NCBI GenBank assembly: GCA_964016885.1
Contig: OZ024748.1
Coordinates: 41,230,001-41,294,000, forward strand
DNA: 64,000 bases
Direction of reading: 5' to 3'
Source of the DNA: Eledone cirrhosa
Taxonomy: Eukaryota
The position numbers and the translations under genes are program-made. This document shows, piece after piece, positions 1 to 13,136 of the stretch (position 1 is the stretch's first letter; each line of letters starts with the position of its first letter). The notes beneath the pieces are model-generated. The model worked only from the letters and a program-made list of their open reading frames with translations. It searched no databases and was not told the origin of the DNA.

Positions 1-434
1 TAAAGTGATAATGCTGGTGTCACAATAAAATGTACCCAGTACAGTCTGTAAAGTGATAATGCTGGTGTCACAATAAAATGTACCCAGTACAGTCTGTAAA
101 GTGATAATGCTGGTGTCACAATAAAATGTACCCAGTACAGTCTGTAAAGTGATAATGCTGGTGTCACAATAAAATGTACCCAGTACAGTCTGTAAAGTGA
201 TAATGTTGGTGTCACAATAACATGTTCCCAGTACAGTCTGTAAAGTGATAATGTTGGTGTCACAATAAAATGTACCTAGTCCACTCTGTAAAGTGATAAT
301 GTTGGTGTCACAATAAAATGTACCCTGTACAGTCTGTAAAGTGATAATGCTGGTGTCACAATAAAATGTACCCAGTACAGTCTGTAAAGTGATAATGCTG
401 GTGTCACAATAAAATGTACCCTGTACAGTCTGTA
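1..434 (+). repeat. 48-bp minisatellite derived from a SINE body (about 9 units, open at the window start)
   Basis: Unit taaagtgataatgctggtgtcacaataaaatgtacccagtacagtctg. It grades at ~435-630 into a single SINE-like copy (ggtgccacg...ctgtaaaatggttggc...atgccagcatggaaaacggatgtaaaa). Confidence 0.9.
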
Positions 435-769
435 GAATGATAATATTGGTGCCACGATTAAAATAAAAGCACCGAGTCCACGCTGTAAAATGGTTGGCAG
501 CCGACTGTAGACACCAAGCCAAACAAGAACAGGACATGAACAGGACATAGTCATCTGCTGTGTCTAGTCTTTGATAATGGTAAACTATCCAACGAATGCC
601 AGCATGGAAAACGGATGTAAAAATACTGATGTCGGGGTGGGGGGCCAGGTTGGTGGTGTGTAATATCAGAAAATAATTTGATTCCCACTGGAAATTCAAG
701 AAAATCGACACTACCACTTCTATGTTGCTTAGTAATCTCTATAAAAACCACTAACCAACAAATAATAAT

Positions 770-1250
770 AATGGTTTCTACTTTTGGCAGGCACAAGGCC
801 AGCAATGATCTCAGTGCATTACTGGTACTTTATTTTATCGACCCCATATATATATACTTTATTTTATCGACCCCCATATATATAACAAATAATAATAATT
901 GTTTCTACTTTTGGCACAAATACCCAGTTCATTACTGGTACTTTATTTTATCGACCCCGTAACGGTGAAAGGCAAAGTTGGTTTCTGATTGAGGCACAAG
1001 GCCAACAATTTTGGAGAAAGGGGAAAGTCGATTAAATTGACCCCAGTGTGTGTGACTGGTACTTTATGGTTAATAATTGTTTCTACTTTTGGCACAAGGC
1101 CAGCAAATACCCAGTGCATTACTGGTACTTTATTTTATCGACCCCGTAAGGATGAAAGGCAAAGTTACCCTCGGCGGGATTTGAACTCAGAATGGCAAGG
1201 GCCGTAACTATGTGTCAAAGCATGGCGTCCGACTCTCTACCGATACTGCC
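770..1250 (-). mobile_element. Cluster of tRNA-derived SINE fragments
   Basis: The block ggcacaaggccagca...actggtactttattttatcgacccc..aaggatgaaaggcaaagtt..cctcggcgggatttgaactcagaa is repeated. Its reverse complement carries a Pol III B box (GAGTTCAAATCC). The same family recurs at ~17230, ~19085 (opposite strand), ~42445, ~43165 and ~45045. Confidence 0.8.
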
Positions 1251-1394
1251 AAAAAGATATTTATATAGTCAGATTGAAATCGCCATATTCGGTGTAATAA
1301 TTAAATGGAAAAAGAAGAAAAAAAAGGAAAAGGAAAGAAGAAAAGAAAAAAGAGAACGAAGCAAAGGGCGAGGGGGGGGGGGGTAGACTCTATA

Positions 1395-1865
1395 CCCCAG
1401 TGTAAATGGTGATTTGGCAGTACCCCGCTGACAGAATGACGAAGGTATTAGCACAGACAATGGCTAGAGACACCTGCTGCAACAGCCACCCAGCCCCTGC
1501 ACTAAGCGGGTTGCTGTGTTTCCGATTTAACGGTGGAAATCGCTAGTGTGGGGACCGAGTTCACCCCGGGGTTCACAAATGGCGACCAGTACGAAAAAGA
1601 AGCGGTCGAACAAGACCCGGAATTTACTTATATTCTTCGCCTCTATATAGTGGGCGGCGATGCCAGGGATTGCGGCCGAAGGGACAAAGTTGGAGGCAGA
1701 GAATGATACACAATAAGTCGTGTCCCAGATTAGGGATTTACCTTCCTCGAATGGGAAGAAGGTTATTCCTTCGGGGCACTTATCAGTGTCACTGTCGAGG
1801 CCAGATGGTTCCAGTTGTGACTGGAAGCCGGCTGCGTCAGCGGGGCTCTTTTTGATGTCGTTCAT
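1395..1865 (-). pseudogene. 3' remnant of a CRE-clade non-LTR retrotransposon (restriction-like endonuclease domain)
   Basis: The ORF reads EPSGL...KCPEGITFFPFEEGKSLIWDTT...AAHYIEAKNISKF...FVLVAI.E..GELGP, matching the EPxGL..GKRPDG...PWxxGKxLxWDxT...K..KY...F.P.A.ET.G..GP pattern. A frameshifted continuation WLLQQVSLAIVCAN resembles FLxQRLSxAxQRGN. Confidence 0.75.
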
Positions 1866-2032
1866 AGCTGATTGTGGGTGTATGTGTGTGTGCTCGCATG
1901 TGTGTGTCTGTCTGTCTGTGTATATGTTTATATTTGTGTTTGTCTGTCTGTATATTGTATATGTGTGTATATATATATATATATTCTCCTGAACGAAACA
2001 GTTCTAGTCCTGTAGAAGCCTTTCTATATTAA

Positions 2033-2065
<33 letters not shown>

Positions 2066-2469
2066 CGTGAGTCGTTTTTAAAAACCACACTGTGTAAAGT
2101 TATATTTATGAGTGATTTCAAAACCGAACAATGTCACTGTTGGAATATATTAAAAATGGTTTCATTCAAAATGGTAAGTCTTAATAAATTCTTGCCATAG
2201 AATAACAATTTTCGATAATATATTTCAGTAAATCTGAAGAATTTTAGCCCAATTTTAATAAATAATTCTTAATTTGACACCCGACACACAGCATGAAAAC
2301 CTGTAAGATTATTAACTGCTTTACCGATTCTACCAATAGATTATTAGGGTGATGATAGTTAAGAAAACAATGAAGAGGTGAAAAAACAGAACGGTGTTAC
2401 ACTAAGTCTAGTCCCGTTTGAATAGTAGTTCCACGTGGCTTACTATGTCACTCTGCAAGTACCCAACCC

Positions 2470-2726
2470 CCCTCTCTCTCTCTCTCTCTCATTCACTCAC
2501 TCAGAGCAAAGATAGGAAAGAGGAGGAGGGGGGTGAAATAGGAGGGAGAGAGGGGGTGAGTGAGATAAAGAGTGGTGAGAAAGAGGTGGGATGAGTGAGA
2601 GAGAGCAGGAGAGAGAGAGAGAGCGAAGATCGGTGGGTCACATGGTGCAAATGAAGGACTGAGTCATAAAGATGCATAGAGATGGTGGGTGTGAGAAGAT
2701 GGCTGTCAGAATCAGTAATAACACCT

Positions 2727-2769
<43 letters not shown>

Positions 2770-3230
2770 AACACAACAATCAATATGTGAAGGTGAATCA
2801 CATAGTCAGCAGATATATATATAGAGAGAGGGGGGGATTAGGGTTGAATAAAGGAGAGAAGGGAAGAGTGACAGATGGAGAGAGAGAGAAAGATGGGAGA
2901 GAGAAAGAAAGAGAGAGTGAGTGAGTGAGTGAGAGAGAGTGAGTGAGTGAGTGAGAGAGTCAGAGAGATGAGATGAGAAAGAAAGAGAGATGAGATGAAA
3001 GAGAGAGAGAAAGAGAGAGAGAGATGAGATGAGACAGCAAGAGAGAGAGGGAGAGAGAGAGAGAGAGAGAGATGAAACAGCTAGAGAGAGAGAGAGAGAG
3101 AGAGAGAAAGAAAGAGAGAAAGATGAACAAAGGAATAAAATGGGAAAAAAGACGGAGAAGAATGTAGAAGAAAGAGTTAGAATGAGATTATGGAGAAGAA
3201 GTAAAAGAACCAAGATGTTAAAATAGTTTA
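2470..3230. repeat. (GA)n / purine-rich low-complexity tract
   Basis: Read directly from the sequence. Confidence 0.9.
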
Positions 3231-4550
3231 ATCCTTGTGGCACTGCCTGAAAACCTCATTCTATCATACAAACCTGTTTCTTATAACATTCCATTGTAAT
3301 TTTATTTAAGAACATTTATGCTTAAAAATAAAATCTCTCCAAATTTTCAATTATCTTAAAAATTAATTAAAAATCTTAAGCAGTGTATTTAATTTTATGC
3401 TCCAAACACCAGTTTAAGAATGTAATGGTTATTTTACTAAAATCCCTACAAAATCTTGATTATTTTCAGAATTAATTTTTCTAATTAGAGGCAGTGTATT
3501 TAATTAGAAATATGGTAATGAAAAGGTTAAAATATTCAAACATTGATCCATTTCATCATCATCATCGTTTTTATGTCCGTTTTTCCACACATGTATGGGT
3601 TGGACGGGTCCTTCTCACCACGTGCCTTATAATAACAATTACAATAGTTAATAAAAATGAACAGTGGACCTGTAGTAGTCCACTGTATATCTTCATTGAC
3701 CACCAATGGACTACTGACCAACAAGGTCAGTAGTCCATTGGTCTATATTTTCTTTCTCCAAGTAACACTCCAAATTAAATAATAATAATAATAAAAGAAA
3801 AAGGGTTCAAATGACCCCTGTCATGTCACAGCACAACCTCTCTAGTGTTTATGACCTACACAATAAAAGGACCCAGTACATGCTGTAAAGTGACTGGTGA
3901 TAGCAAGGGTTTCCAGCCAAACAAAAGGTTGGGAGAACCCTTCAATTGTATCAAACACATCACAACCTCTCCTGTGTACTTGATAGAACATAAGACTGTA
4001 CGTAGATGAGATACAGATACCCTGGCCTGTCTGGGAGGTCAGTAGCCTCACTTCAGTACTGACTTGGTCTATGTAGACCTTTCCAACCCTTGCTAGCAAG
4101 GAAAGTGGACATTAAACAATGATAATGTGTATGTAAACCATGAGAAAGAGAAATGCTTCTGTTAGTCTATCCATTGCTGATACTGTCTGTCTGTCACAAC
4201 TCCTGGCAGAAAGAGACAGAATTTGAACTCAGAACACACGTAGCCATAACAACGCATCCCATCCTATTCTTTAACAACTCTGCCAGTCCACCCCACCTCC
4301 ACACACCTCACCACAGGACTGGTACTTTGAAAGGATGAAAGAGAAAATAGATCTTGGCATTGGCAGGATTGGAACTCATAACAGAAAATCAGAAGAAATA
4401 CTGAGGAGACAATCTGATATTCTGACTTTGCCAAGAAAGATAAAGAAAATAAAAATAGTTAAGGAAGCATGTCACAATGACCTCTTATCTTTCAACACTG
4501 ACATTGTATTTATTTACAACTGCATTCTATAAATTACTTAATCACAACCC

Positions 4551-5995
4551 ACAACACTATTTCACATCTAAACTATATTCTATATATTACTAGCTAAACA
4601 CAACACTATTTCACATCTAAACTATATTCTATATATTACTAGCTAAACACAACACTATTTCACATCTAAACTATATTCTATATATTACTAGCTAAACACA
4701 ACACTATTTCACATCTAAACTATATTCTATATATTACTAGCTAAACACAACACTATTTCACATCTAAACTATATTCTATATATTACTAGCTAAACACAAC
4801 ACTATTTCACATCTAAACTATATTCTATATATTACTAGCTAAACACAACACTATTTCACATCTAAACTATATTCTATATATTACTAGCTAAACACAACAC
4901 TATTTCACATCTAAACTATATTCTATATATTACTAGCTAAACACAACACTATTTCACATCTAAACTATATTCTATATATTACTAGCTAAACACAACACTA
5001 TTTCACATCTAAACTATATTCTATATATTACTAGCTAAACACAACACTATTTCACATCTAAACTATATTCTATATATTACTAGCTAAACACAACACTATT
5101 TCACATCTAAACTATATTCTATATATTACTAGCTAAACACAACACTATTTCACATCTAAACTATATTCTATATATTACTAGCTAAACACAACACTATTTC
5201 ACATCTAAACTATATTCTATATATTACTAGCTAAACACAACACTATTTCACATCTAAACTATATTCTATATATTACTAGCTAAACACAACACTATTTCAC
5301 ATCTAAACTATATTCTATATATTACTAGCTAAACACAACACTATTTCACATCTAAACTATATTCTATATATTACTAGCTAAACACAACACTATTTCACAT
5401 CTAAACTATATTCTATATATTACTAGCTAAACACAACACTATTTCACATCTAAACTATATTCTATATATTACTAGCTAAACACAACACTATTTCACATCT
5501 AAACTATATTCTATATATTACTAGCTAAACACAACACTATTTCACATCTAAACTATATTCTATATATTACTAGCTAAACACAACACTATTTCACATCTAA
5601 ACTATATTCTATATATTACTAGCTAAACACAACACTATTTCACATCTAAACTATATTCTATATATTACTAGCTAAACACAACACTATTTCACATCTAAAC
5701 TATATTCTATATATTACTAGCTAAACACAACACTATTTCACATCTAAACTATATTCTATATATTACTAGCTAAACACAACACTATTTCACATCTAAACTA
5801 TATTCTATATATTACTAGCTAAACACAACACTATTTCACATCTAAACTATATTCTATATATTACTAGCTAAACACAACACTATTTCACATCTAAACTATA
5901 TTCTATATATTACTAGCTAAACACAACACTATTTCACATCTAAACTATATTCTATATATTACTGTTTAACCCACAACACTATTTCACATCAAAAC
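4551..5995 (+). repeat. 49-bp minisatellite, about 29 essentially identical units
   Basis: Unit acaacactatttcacatctaaactatattctatatattactagctaaac. Confidence 0.97.
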
Positions 5996-6194
5996 TAAAC
6001 TAAACTATATTATATATATAACTGGTTATCCCATTAACGTTTAAACTGTCTGTATCCAGCCAGAATTCTCTCATCTTTCTGTTCAAACTGCCTGACCCCG
6101 GCTGCTTATACTGATATTAAGGTATCGTTCTTAAAATAAATATTAAAATTTCATAGATTCGATATTATGTGAGATAATTATGTGAGGTAAAGCC

Positions 6195-6455
6195 TTATTG
6201 CTGAGAGGGTCGTGGAGGCAGAGTCCTCAAACACTCCTTCCAGCATGTCCTGTCAGATGCAACTGTCTCCAACTCATCCGGCTGGATCCTCAAGCGAGAC
6301 CAGCCAAGCTCATGGATGCTATCCAACCATCTTGCTCAGTGTCTACCCCTGGGTCTCCTGCTGCTTGCTTTTGCCTGTAAAATCTGTCCAGAGATTCTTC
6401 CCTGAGACATTCTAACCACATGTCAATAGTATCGGAGCTGTGATCTCTCAATTCT
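6195..6455 (-). pseudogene. 3' end fragment of an RTE-clade (Rex3/Expander-like) LINE
   Basis: The minus strand encodes a degenerate IERSQLRYY.HVVR...RRPRGRH.ARWLDSIHELGWSRL..-like C-terminus typical of Rex3/Expander RT. It is paralogous to 29096-30790. Confidence 0.75.
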
Positions 6456-6486
6456 ACTACCCTATTCTAGAAAATACATCACATAC

Positions 6487-6600
6487 AGGTGTAGTTATGG
6501 TTTTGTGGTTAAGGTGTTCTCTTCAAAACCATATGGTTTGGGGTTCAATCCCACTGTGTGGTACCTTGGGTGTAATCTACTAAATGTCGGGTTGACCAAA
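6487..6600 (+). mobile_element. tRNA-derived SINE head, degenerate
   Basis: A-box-like tggttttgtggttaag and B-box-like ggttcaatccc, followed by cactgtgtggtaccttggg. Confidence 0.6.
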
Positions 6601-7209
6601 GCCAGGAATTATTTTGGTCTTATCTGACTTCATACAGACAAGATAAGAGAAATTGAAGTTCCTAATTACAACATATATGTTAACATACATAAACAGATTT
6701 ACATTTTAAAACAACCCTCATCATATGTTGTATTAAATGAAATAACTACTTCTTTGTATATGAATCCAGCTTAATATACCACCAACGATATGTAGATCTC
6801 ACTCCTTAAACAAGTCCCTATTGTTTTATGTCGTGGACATAAAACATGGACATGGAGGAAGTGGGGAGGACGTATTGACTCATCCTTTCAAGCTTACAAG
6901 ATGTTGAAGGTTTCAAACAAGTTACTGTCCCTGATAATAACAGCAGATAAACTGTCTTCTTTCTAAACAAACCTTAACTGTCCTAAATGTGTTTCTAAAC
7001 TTCATACATTATTAATGTTGAGGTCATGTGAAACCAATAAAGAATCACCACATGACACCACAATCAGCCACACCTGATATATTAGATACCAGTAATATAC
7101 TACAGTTAATTCAATTGCTAATACACATCCACAGCAAAAGTTAGCTGATTCTGAAATTAGTGATATGTTACATTGCTGTCATCTTTAAACTGTTCAGCCA
7201 TACTTCTAT

Positions 7210-7935
7210 CTTACCTGACGAATAGTTATACCTTTACATTACCTGACGAATAGTTATACCTTGACGTTACCTGACGAATAGTTATACCTTGACGTTACCT
7301 GACGAATAGTTATACCTTTACCTTACCTGACGAATAGTTATACTTTTACCTTACCTGACGAATAGTTATACCTTTACCTTACCTGACGAATAGTTATACC
7401 TTTACCTTACCTGATGAATAGTTATACCTTTACTTTACCTGACGAATAGTTATACCTTTACTTTACCTGACAAATAGTTATAACTTTACTTTACCTGACA
7501 AATATTTATACCTTTACCTTACCTGACAAATAGTTATACCTTTACTTTACCTGACAAATAGTTATACCTTTACCTTACCTGACGAATAGTTATACCTTTA
7601 CTTTACCTGACAAATAGTTATACCTTTAGCTTACCTGACAAATAGTTATACCTTTACCTTACCTGACGAATAGTTATAACTTTACCTTACCTGACGAATA
7701 GTTATACCTTTACTTTACCTGACTAATAGTTATATTTTATTCTACCTGTCCAACAGCCATACTTCTATCTTACCTGTCCAATAGCCATACTTCTATCTTA
7801 CCTGACAAATAGCCATTCTATCTTACCTGTCCAACAGCCATACTTCTATCTTACCTGACAAATAGTTATACCTTTACTTTACCAGTCTATTAGCCATATT
7901 TTATTCTACTTGTCCAATAGCCATACTTCTACCGT
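7210..7935 (+). repeat. 28-bp minisatellite
   Basis: Unit ttacctgacgaatagttatacctttacc, degenerating after ~7740. Confidence 0.93.
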
Positions 7936-8007
7936 ATCTGATAATTCTCTCATTTGAAATTATCACTGGTGGCCTAAAACTCAGAAAAATTCTTTTTTGT
8001 TTAAAAA

Positions 8008-8077
8008 GTTTCCTGATGAGTTGAGGTTTTCACAATGCTCAAAAGTGAGGTTTACTCAATGAAACTGCAGTAGGGAT
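8008..8077 (+). ncRNA. Minimal type I hammerhead ribozyme motif (family E, CTGCAG stem III)
   Basis: gtttc-CTGATGA-gttgag[..tcac..gtga..]ctcaat-GAAA-ctgcag-TA-gggat. Stem II pairs well. Stem I is mostly G-U wobbles and probably decayed. Confidence 0.7.
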
Positions 8078-8204
8078 GTTCAAAGTAAATAAGGAAATTT
8101 TTCTTTATCTTGTTTGCTTTTCCCAATTATAATTATATATATATCATGATCATCACCGTCGTTTAACGTCCATCTTCCACGCTAGCATGGGTTATATATA
8201 TATA

Positions 8205-8875
8205 TCATCATCATCATCATCATCATCGTTTAACGTCCATCTTCCACGCTTGCATGGGTTTGGACGGGAGTTTTACCACTTGAGGCAAGAGTGGTTGTCT
8301 TGCTCGCATAGGACTGTCTGGCGGGTTTTCTACGGCTGGGTGCCCTTCCTAACACCAACCACGTTTACAGTGTGGACTGGGAGGTTTTTACTGTGTTACC
8401 TACACGGCCACATTACAGCATGGACTGTGTGTTTTTTTGTCGTGACACCTACACGTCTGGCGGGTTTTATACGGCTGGGTGCCCTTCCTAACACCAACCA
8501 CATTTACAGTGTGGACTGGAAGGTTTTTACCGTGTTACCTACACGGCCACATTACAGCGTGGACTGTGTGTTTTTTTGTCGTGACACCTACACGTCTGGC
8601 GGGTTTTCTACGACTGGATGCCCTTCCTAACACCAACCACATTTACAGTGTGGACTGGAAGGTTTTTACCGTGTTACCTACACGGCCACAATACAGCGTG
8701 GACTGTGTGTTTTTTTGTCGTGACACCTACACGTCTGGCGGGTTTTCTACGGCTGGGTGCCCTTCCTAACACCAACCATGTTTACAGTGTTAACTGGAAG
8801 GTTTTTACCGTGTTACCTACACGGCCACATTACAGCGTGGACTGTGTTTTTTTTTGTCATGACACCTACACGACC
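8205..8875 (-). mobile_element. SINE with (CAT)n tail whose body is tandemly amplified as about four 139-bp units
   Basis: Tail catcatcgtttaacgtccatcttccacgc.tgcatgggtttggacg (also at ~8150, ~9355, ~3555). The unit ggcgggttttctacggctgggtgcccttcctaacaccaaccac...gacacctacacgtct repeats with period 139. Confidence 0.85.
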
Positions 8876-9051
8876 TCATTTGTTTCGGACTGGATGTTGT
8901 GGTACCAACATAACTTTACATTGAAAGGGGTGGTGTGGATGGGGTGGGGGTAGTGGACGGGGGGGTGTATTTTGTTAAAGGTGCCTACTGACTGTAGTAG
9001 GTTTCACTTTGTACTTAGGTAAGGCGGGTCTTCTGTATTACTGTGTACCCG

Positions 9052-9096
<45 letters not shown>

Positions 9097-9098
9097 AC

Positions 9099-9237
9099 TT
9101 TTATTAAGGCTAAATAATGAGTCTTGTTACTCTGGAGTTACATTCGCTTATCACAGGATGATGTTCTAGTCTGGTGATCTTGTGATAAACAGGTGGAACT
9201 CCAGAGTAACAAGACTCATTATTTAGCCTTAATAAAA
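9099..9237. repeat. Fold-back element next to (TA)n with a degenerate hammerhead-like core
   Basis: Arms of ~41 bp are perfectly complementary (ttttattaaggctaaataatgagtcttgttactctggagtt / aactccagagtaacaagactcattatttagccttaataaaa). The right side reads tctagt-CTGGTGA-..-GGAA-ctccagag-TA-acaaga. Confidence 0.85.
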
Positions 9238-9659
9238 TGAATATTTAAACTCTACTTCGAAGAAATCGATCTATATATGCACATATCTATATATAGACAC
9301 ATATCTATATATAGGCATCTATCTATAGACATTTATATATACACATATATATATCATCATCATCGTTTAACGTCCATCTTCCATGCTAGCATGGGTTTGG
9401 ACGATATATATATATATATATATACAGAGATCTATATATAGATATAGACATCTATATCTATATATAGACACACACAAACATATATTTTTCTGTGTAGAAC
9501 AGAGATGGCTTATATCTCGATCTAACTGAATACAAATATAATGGTATATAGAAGAGATTGGACCCATATACATGCATAGATAGAATTAGACATACATATA
9601 CACATATAGATAGAACTAGACATATAGATAGACCTAGACACATATATTCACACACATAG

Positions 9660-10362
9660 ATAGACCTACAAACACACATAGACCAAAATATACACATATA
9701 CATTCTTACAGACACACATACATAGACCTACATATACACACATAGACCAAAATATACACATATACATTCTTACATAGACACACATACAAAGACCTACATA
9801 TACACACATAGACCAAAATATACACATATACATTCTTACATAGACACACATACAAAGACCTACATATACACACATAGACCAAAATATACACATATACATT
9901 CTTACATAGACACACATACAAAGACCTACATATACACACATAGACCAAAATATACACATATACATTCTTACATAGACACACATACAAAGACCTACATATA
10001 CACACATAGACCAAAATATACACATATACATTCTTACATAGACACACATACAAAGACCTACATATACACACATAGACCAAAATATACACATATACATTCT
10101 TACATAGACACACATACAAAGACCTACATATACACACATAGACCAAAATATACACATATACATTCTTACATAGACACACATACAAAGACCTACATATACA
10201 CACATAGACCAAAATATACACATATACATTCTTACATAGACACACATACAAAGACCTACATATACACACATAGACCAAAATATACACATATACATTCTTA
10301 CATAGACACACATACAAAGACCTACATATACACACATAGACCAAAATATACACATATACATT
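9660..10362 (+). repeat. 66-bp minisatellite (about 10 units)
   Basis: Unit cacacatagaccaaaatatacacatatacattcttacatagacacacatacaaagacctacatata. It explains the spurious 22-aa periodic ORFs. Confidence 0.95.
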
Positions 10363-10589
10363 CATATATAGACACACACATTATAGCATGATATATGTGG
10401 AAACACTTGACAGGTTGTACTATCAATATATTAGTTAATACACACACACACACGTTTGTGAGTGTGTATACATGTTTGTGTATATGTGTGTGAGTGTGTG
10501 CTGTGTATATGCGTGTGAGTGTGTACTGTATATATATATATACACACACACATATTTAAGTGTGCATGTGTATATGTCTCTCTACTGCC

Positions 10590-10621
<32 letters not shown>

Positions 10622-10811
10622 GTTTGAGAGTGTGTATATATGTATAAGTGGGTATGTATATATAAGTGTATAAGTGTGTATATGTCTATGTGTCTCTACT
10701 GCAATATAACTCAGGATGCCAGTAACACTAATCAATATATTAATACAAGAATTATCCCTAGTAAGATAAACACATCTCCATTGGTGTTGGTTGCCTGATA
10801 CATTAGATGTA

Positions 10812-12086
10812 GAATAGCCCTGTTATTCCTGCAGTCTGGGCCCCTAAACCTTCTCTCTCCCCACCTACACCAATAATATAAAATAGTCCTGTTATTCCTG
10901 TTATTCCAGTCTGGGCCCCTAAACCAGCACAATCCCCTTCTACACTCACCAATAATATAAAATAGTCCTGTTATTCCTGCAGCCTGGGCCCCTAAACCAG
11001 CACAATCCCTTTCTACACTCACCAATAATATAAAATAGCCCTGTTATTCCTGCAGCCTGGGCCCCTAAACCAGCACAATCCCTTTCTACACTCACCAATA
11101 ATATAAAATAGTCCTGTTATTCCTGCAGCCTGGGCCCCTAAACCAGCACAATCCCCTTCTACACTCACCAATAATATAAAATAGCCCTGTTATTCCTGCA
11201 GCCTGGGCCCCTAAACCAGCACAATCCCTTTCTACACTCACCAATAATATAAAATAGCCCTGTTATTCCTGCAGCCTGGGCCCCTAAACCAGCACAATCC
11301 CTTTCTACACTCACCAATAATATAAAATAGCCCTGTTATTCCTGCAGCCTGGGCCCCTAAACCAGCACAATCCCTTTCTACACTCACCAATAATATAAAA
11401 TAGTCCTGTTATTCCTGCAGCCTGGGCCCCTAAACCAGCACAATCCCTTTCTACACTCACCAATAATATAAAATAGTCCTGTTATTCCTGCAGCCTGGGC
11501 CCCTAAACCAGCACAATCCCTTTCTACACTCACCAATAATATAAAATAGCCCTGTTATTCTTGCAGCCTGGGCCCCTAAACCAGCACAATCCCTTTCTAC
11601 ACTCACCAATAATATAAAATAGCCCTGTTATTCTTGCAGCCTGGGCCCCTAAACCAGCACAATCCCTTTCTACACTCACCAATAATATAAAATAGCCCTG
11701 TTATTCTTGCAGCCTGGGCCCCTAAACCAGCACAATCCCTTTCTACACTCACCAATAATATAAAATAGCCCTGTTATTCTTGCAGCCTGGGCCCCTAAAC
11801 CAGCACAATCCCTTTCTACACTCACCAATAATATAAAATAGCCCTGTTATTCTTGCAGCCTGGGCCCCTAAACCAGCACAATCCCTTTCTACACTCACCA
11901 ATAATATAAAATAGCCCTGTTATTCTTGCAGCCTGGGCCCCTAAACCAGCACAATCCCTTTCTACACTCACCAATAATATAAAATAGCCCTGTTATTCTT
12001 GCAGCCTGGGCCCCTAAACCAGCACAATCCCTTTCTACACTCACCAATAATATAAAATAGCCCTGTTATTCTTGCAGCCTGGGCCC
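10812..12086 (+). repeat. 73-bp minisatellite (about 17 units)
   Basis: Unit ccaataatataaaatagccctgttattc(c/t)tgcagcctgggcccctaaaccagcacaatccctttctacactca. Ten units span exactly 730 bp (11241 to 11971). Confidence 0.96.
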
Positions 12087-12269
12087 TTCTCTCACCCTAC
12101 ACCCAGCCAACCTTACTTCACAGCTGGAATTAATTGTGGTAATGTAGAATAAAGTGTTTTTACAAAGGAACTTAGTAAAACTACAACAGACAGGGAGTCC
12201 AATATATTTACTTCCACTAAATCATGTCAACCACTCTCTCTTTCCTCCTTCCCATATAAATACATAGAA

Positions 12270-12333
<64 letters not shown>

Positions 12334-12457
12334 TTGCAGCAGCATCACTATTTAACTTCTATTTATCCTTTTATTTATATATATATCATCTACTTCCTCC
12401 TAAGTGTGATACTAATAAGACTGTTTTTGTATCTGTATCATGTTGCCATTTCTTGAA

Positions 12458-12458
12458 C

Positions 12459-12494
<36 letters not shown>

Positions 12495-13073
12495 AAATTA
12501 AGTATGTGTGTGTCTGTGTATTACCTATAGGGGCCTACATCTTACAACCGATTTTCATGAAACTTTACAGGCTCATAGATTAGTCATTGGGGAGTGTTTT
12601 CTATATATCAGCGTATTGTTTTTTTTATTCCGGGTCATTCTGCAGATCAAAATCACCTCTTTTTAGGTATCGAAAAATAAGATTTTCGGCTCTAGCTCCC
12701 ACATTAATAAACCTACTAGATCTGATTATTTCATGTCTTAAAGTGGCTTTACATTTTGGATTTTTTGTTCAGGGGCGGCGTGGCAGCCGCTTAAATATTC
12801 GAAAGTACCCCCTTTTCGCTCAAATTTCCGCCTTTTCGGCTCTAGCACCCACATTTTTCAACCGATTTCGTTCAAATTCGAAACTCCCTCCCCCAGCATT
12901 CCCCTTCGTCAGTCACCCGCATTTCTCAGTGATAGAGGTCATCACCACACTCCCCCGCTTGGCCTGTGTGTGGCCATAGAAGAGTCATCGAGAAGCAGTC
13001 GCTAAGATCAACACCTTTTCATCAAAGCAGATATTATTTTACCTACCCAGGCAACGCTGGGTACTGCTGCTAG
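12458..13073 (+). mobile_element. Non-autonomous Helitron (Lep1-like architecture)
   Basis: The 3' hairpin tacccag-gcaacg-ctgggta (13044-13063) is followed after 6 nt by CTAG and then T. The 5' region has (TA)n-aaatt, a tgtgtgtctg microsatellite and aaccgattttcatgaaacttt. The 5' boundary is uncertain. Confidence 0.7.
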
Positions 13074-13136
13074 TACCATCATCGTTTAACGTCATATGTA
13101 TATTCATATTCAATTATATTAAGGCTGAAAAGTGAG

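Noticed and set aside
6487-6570. tRNA gene
   Set aside because: It has A/B-box-like motifs but no cloverleaf and continues into SINE-type sequence.
7210-7740. CTGACGA in many units of the 28-bp array as tandem hammerheads
   Set aside because: No GAAA box and no stem II or III can be formed.
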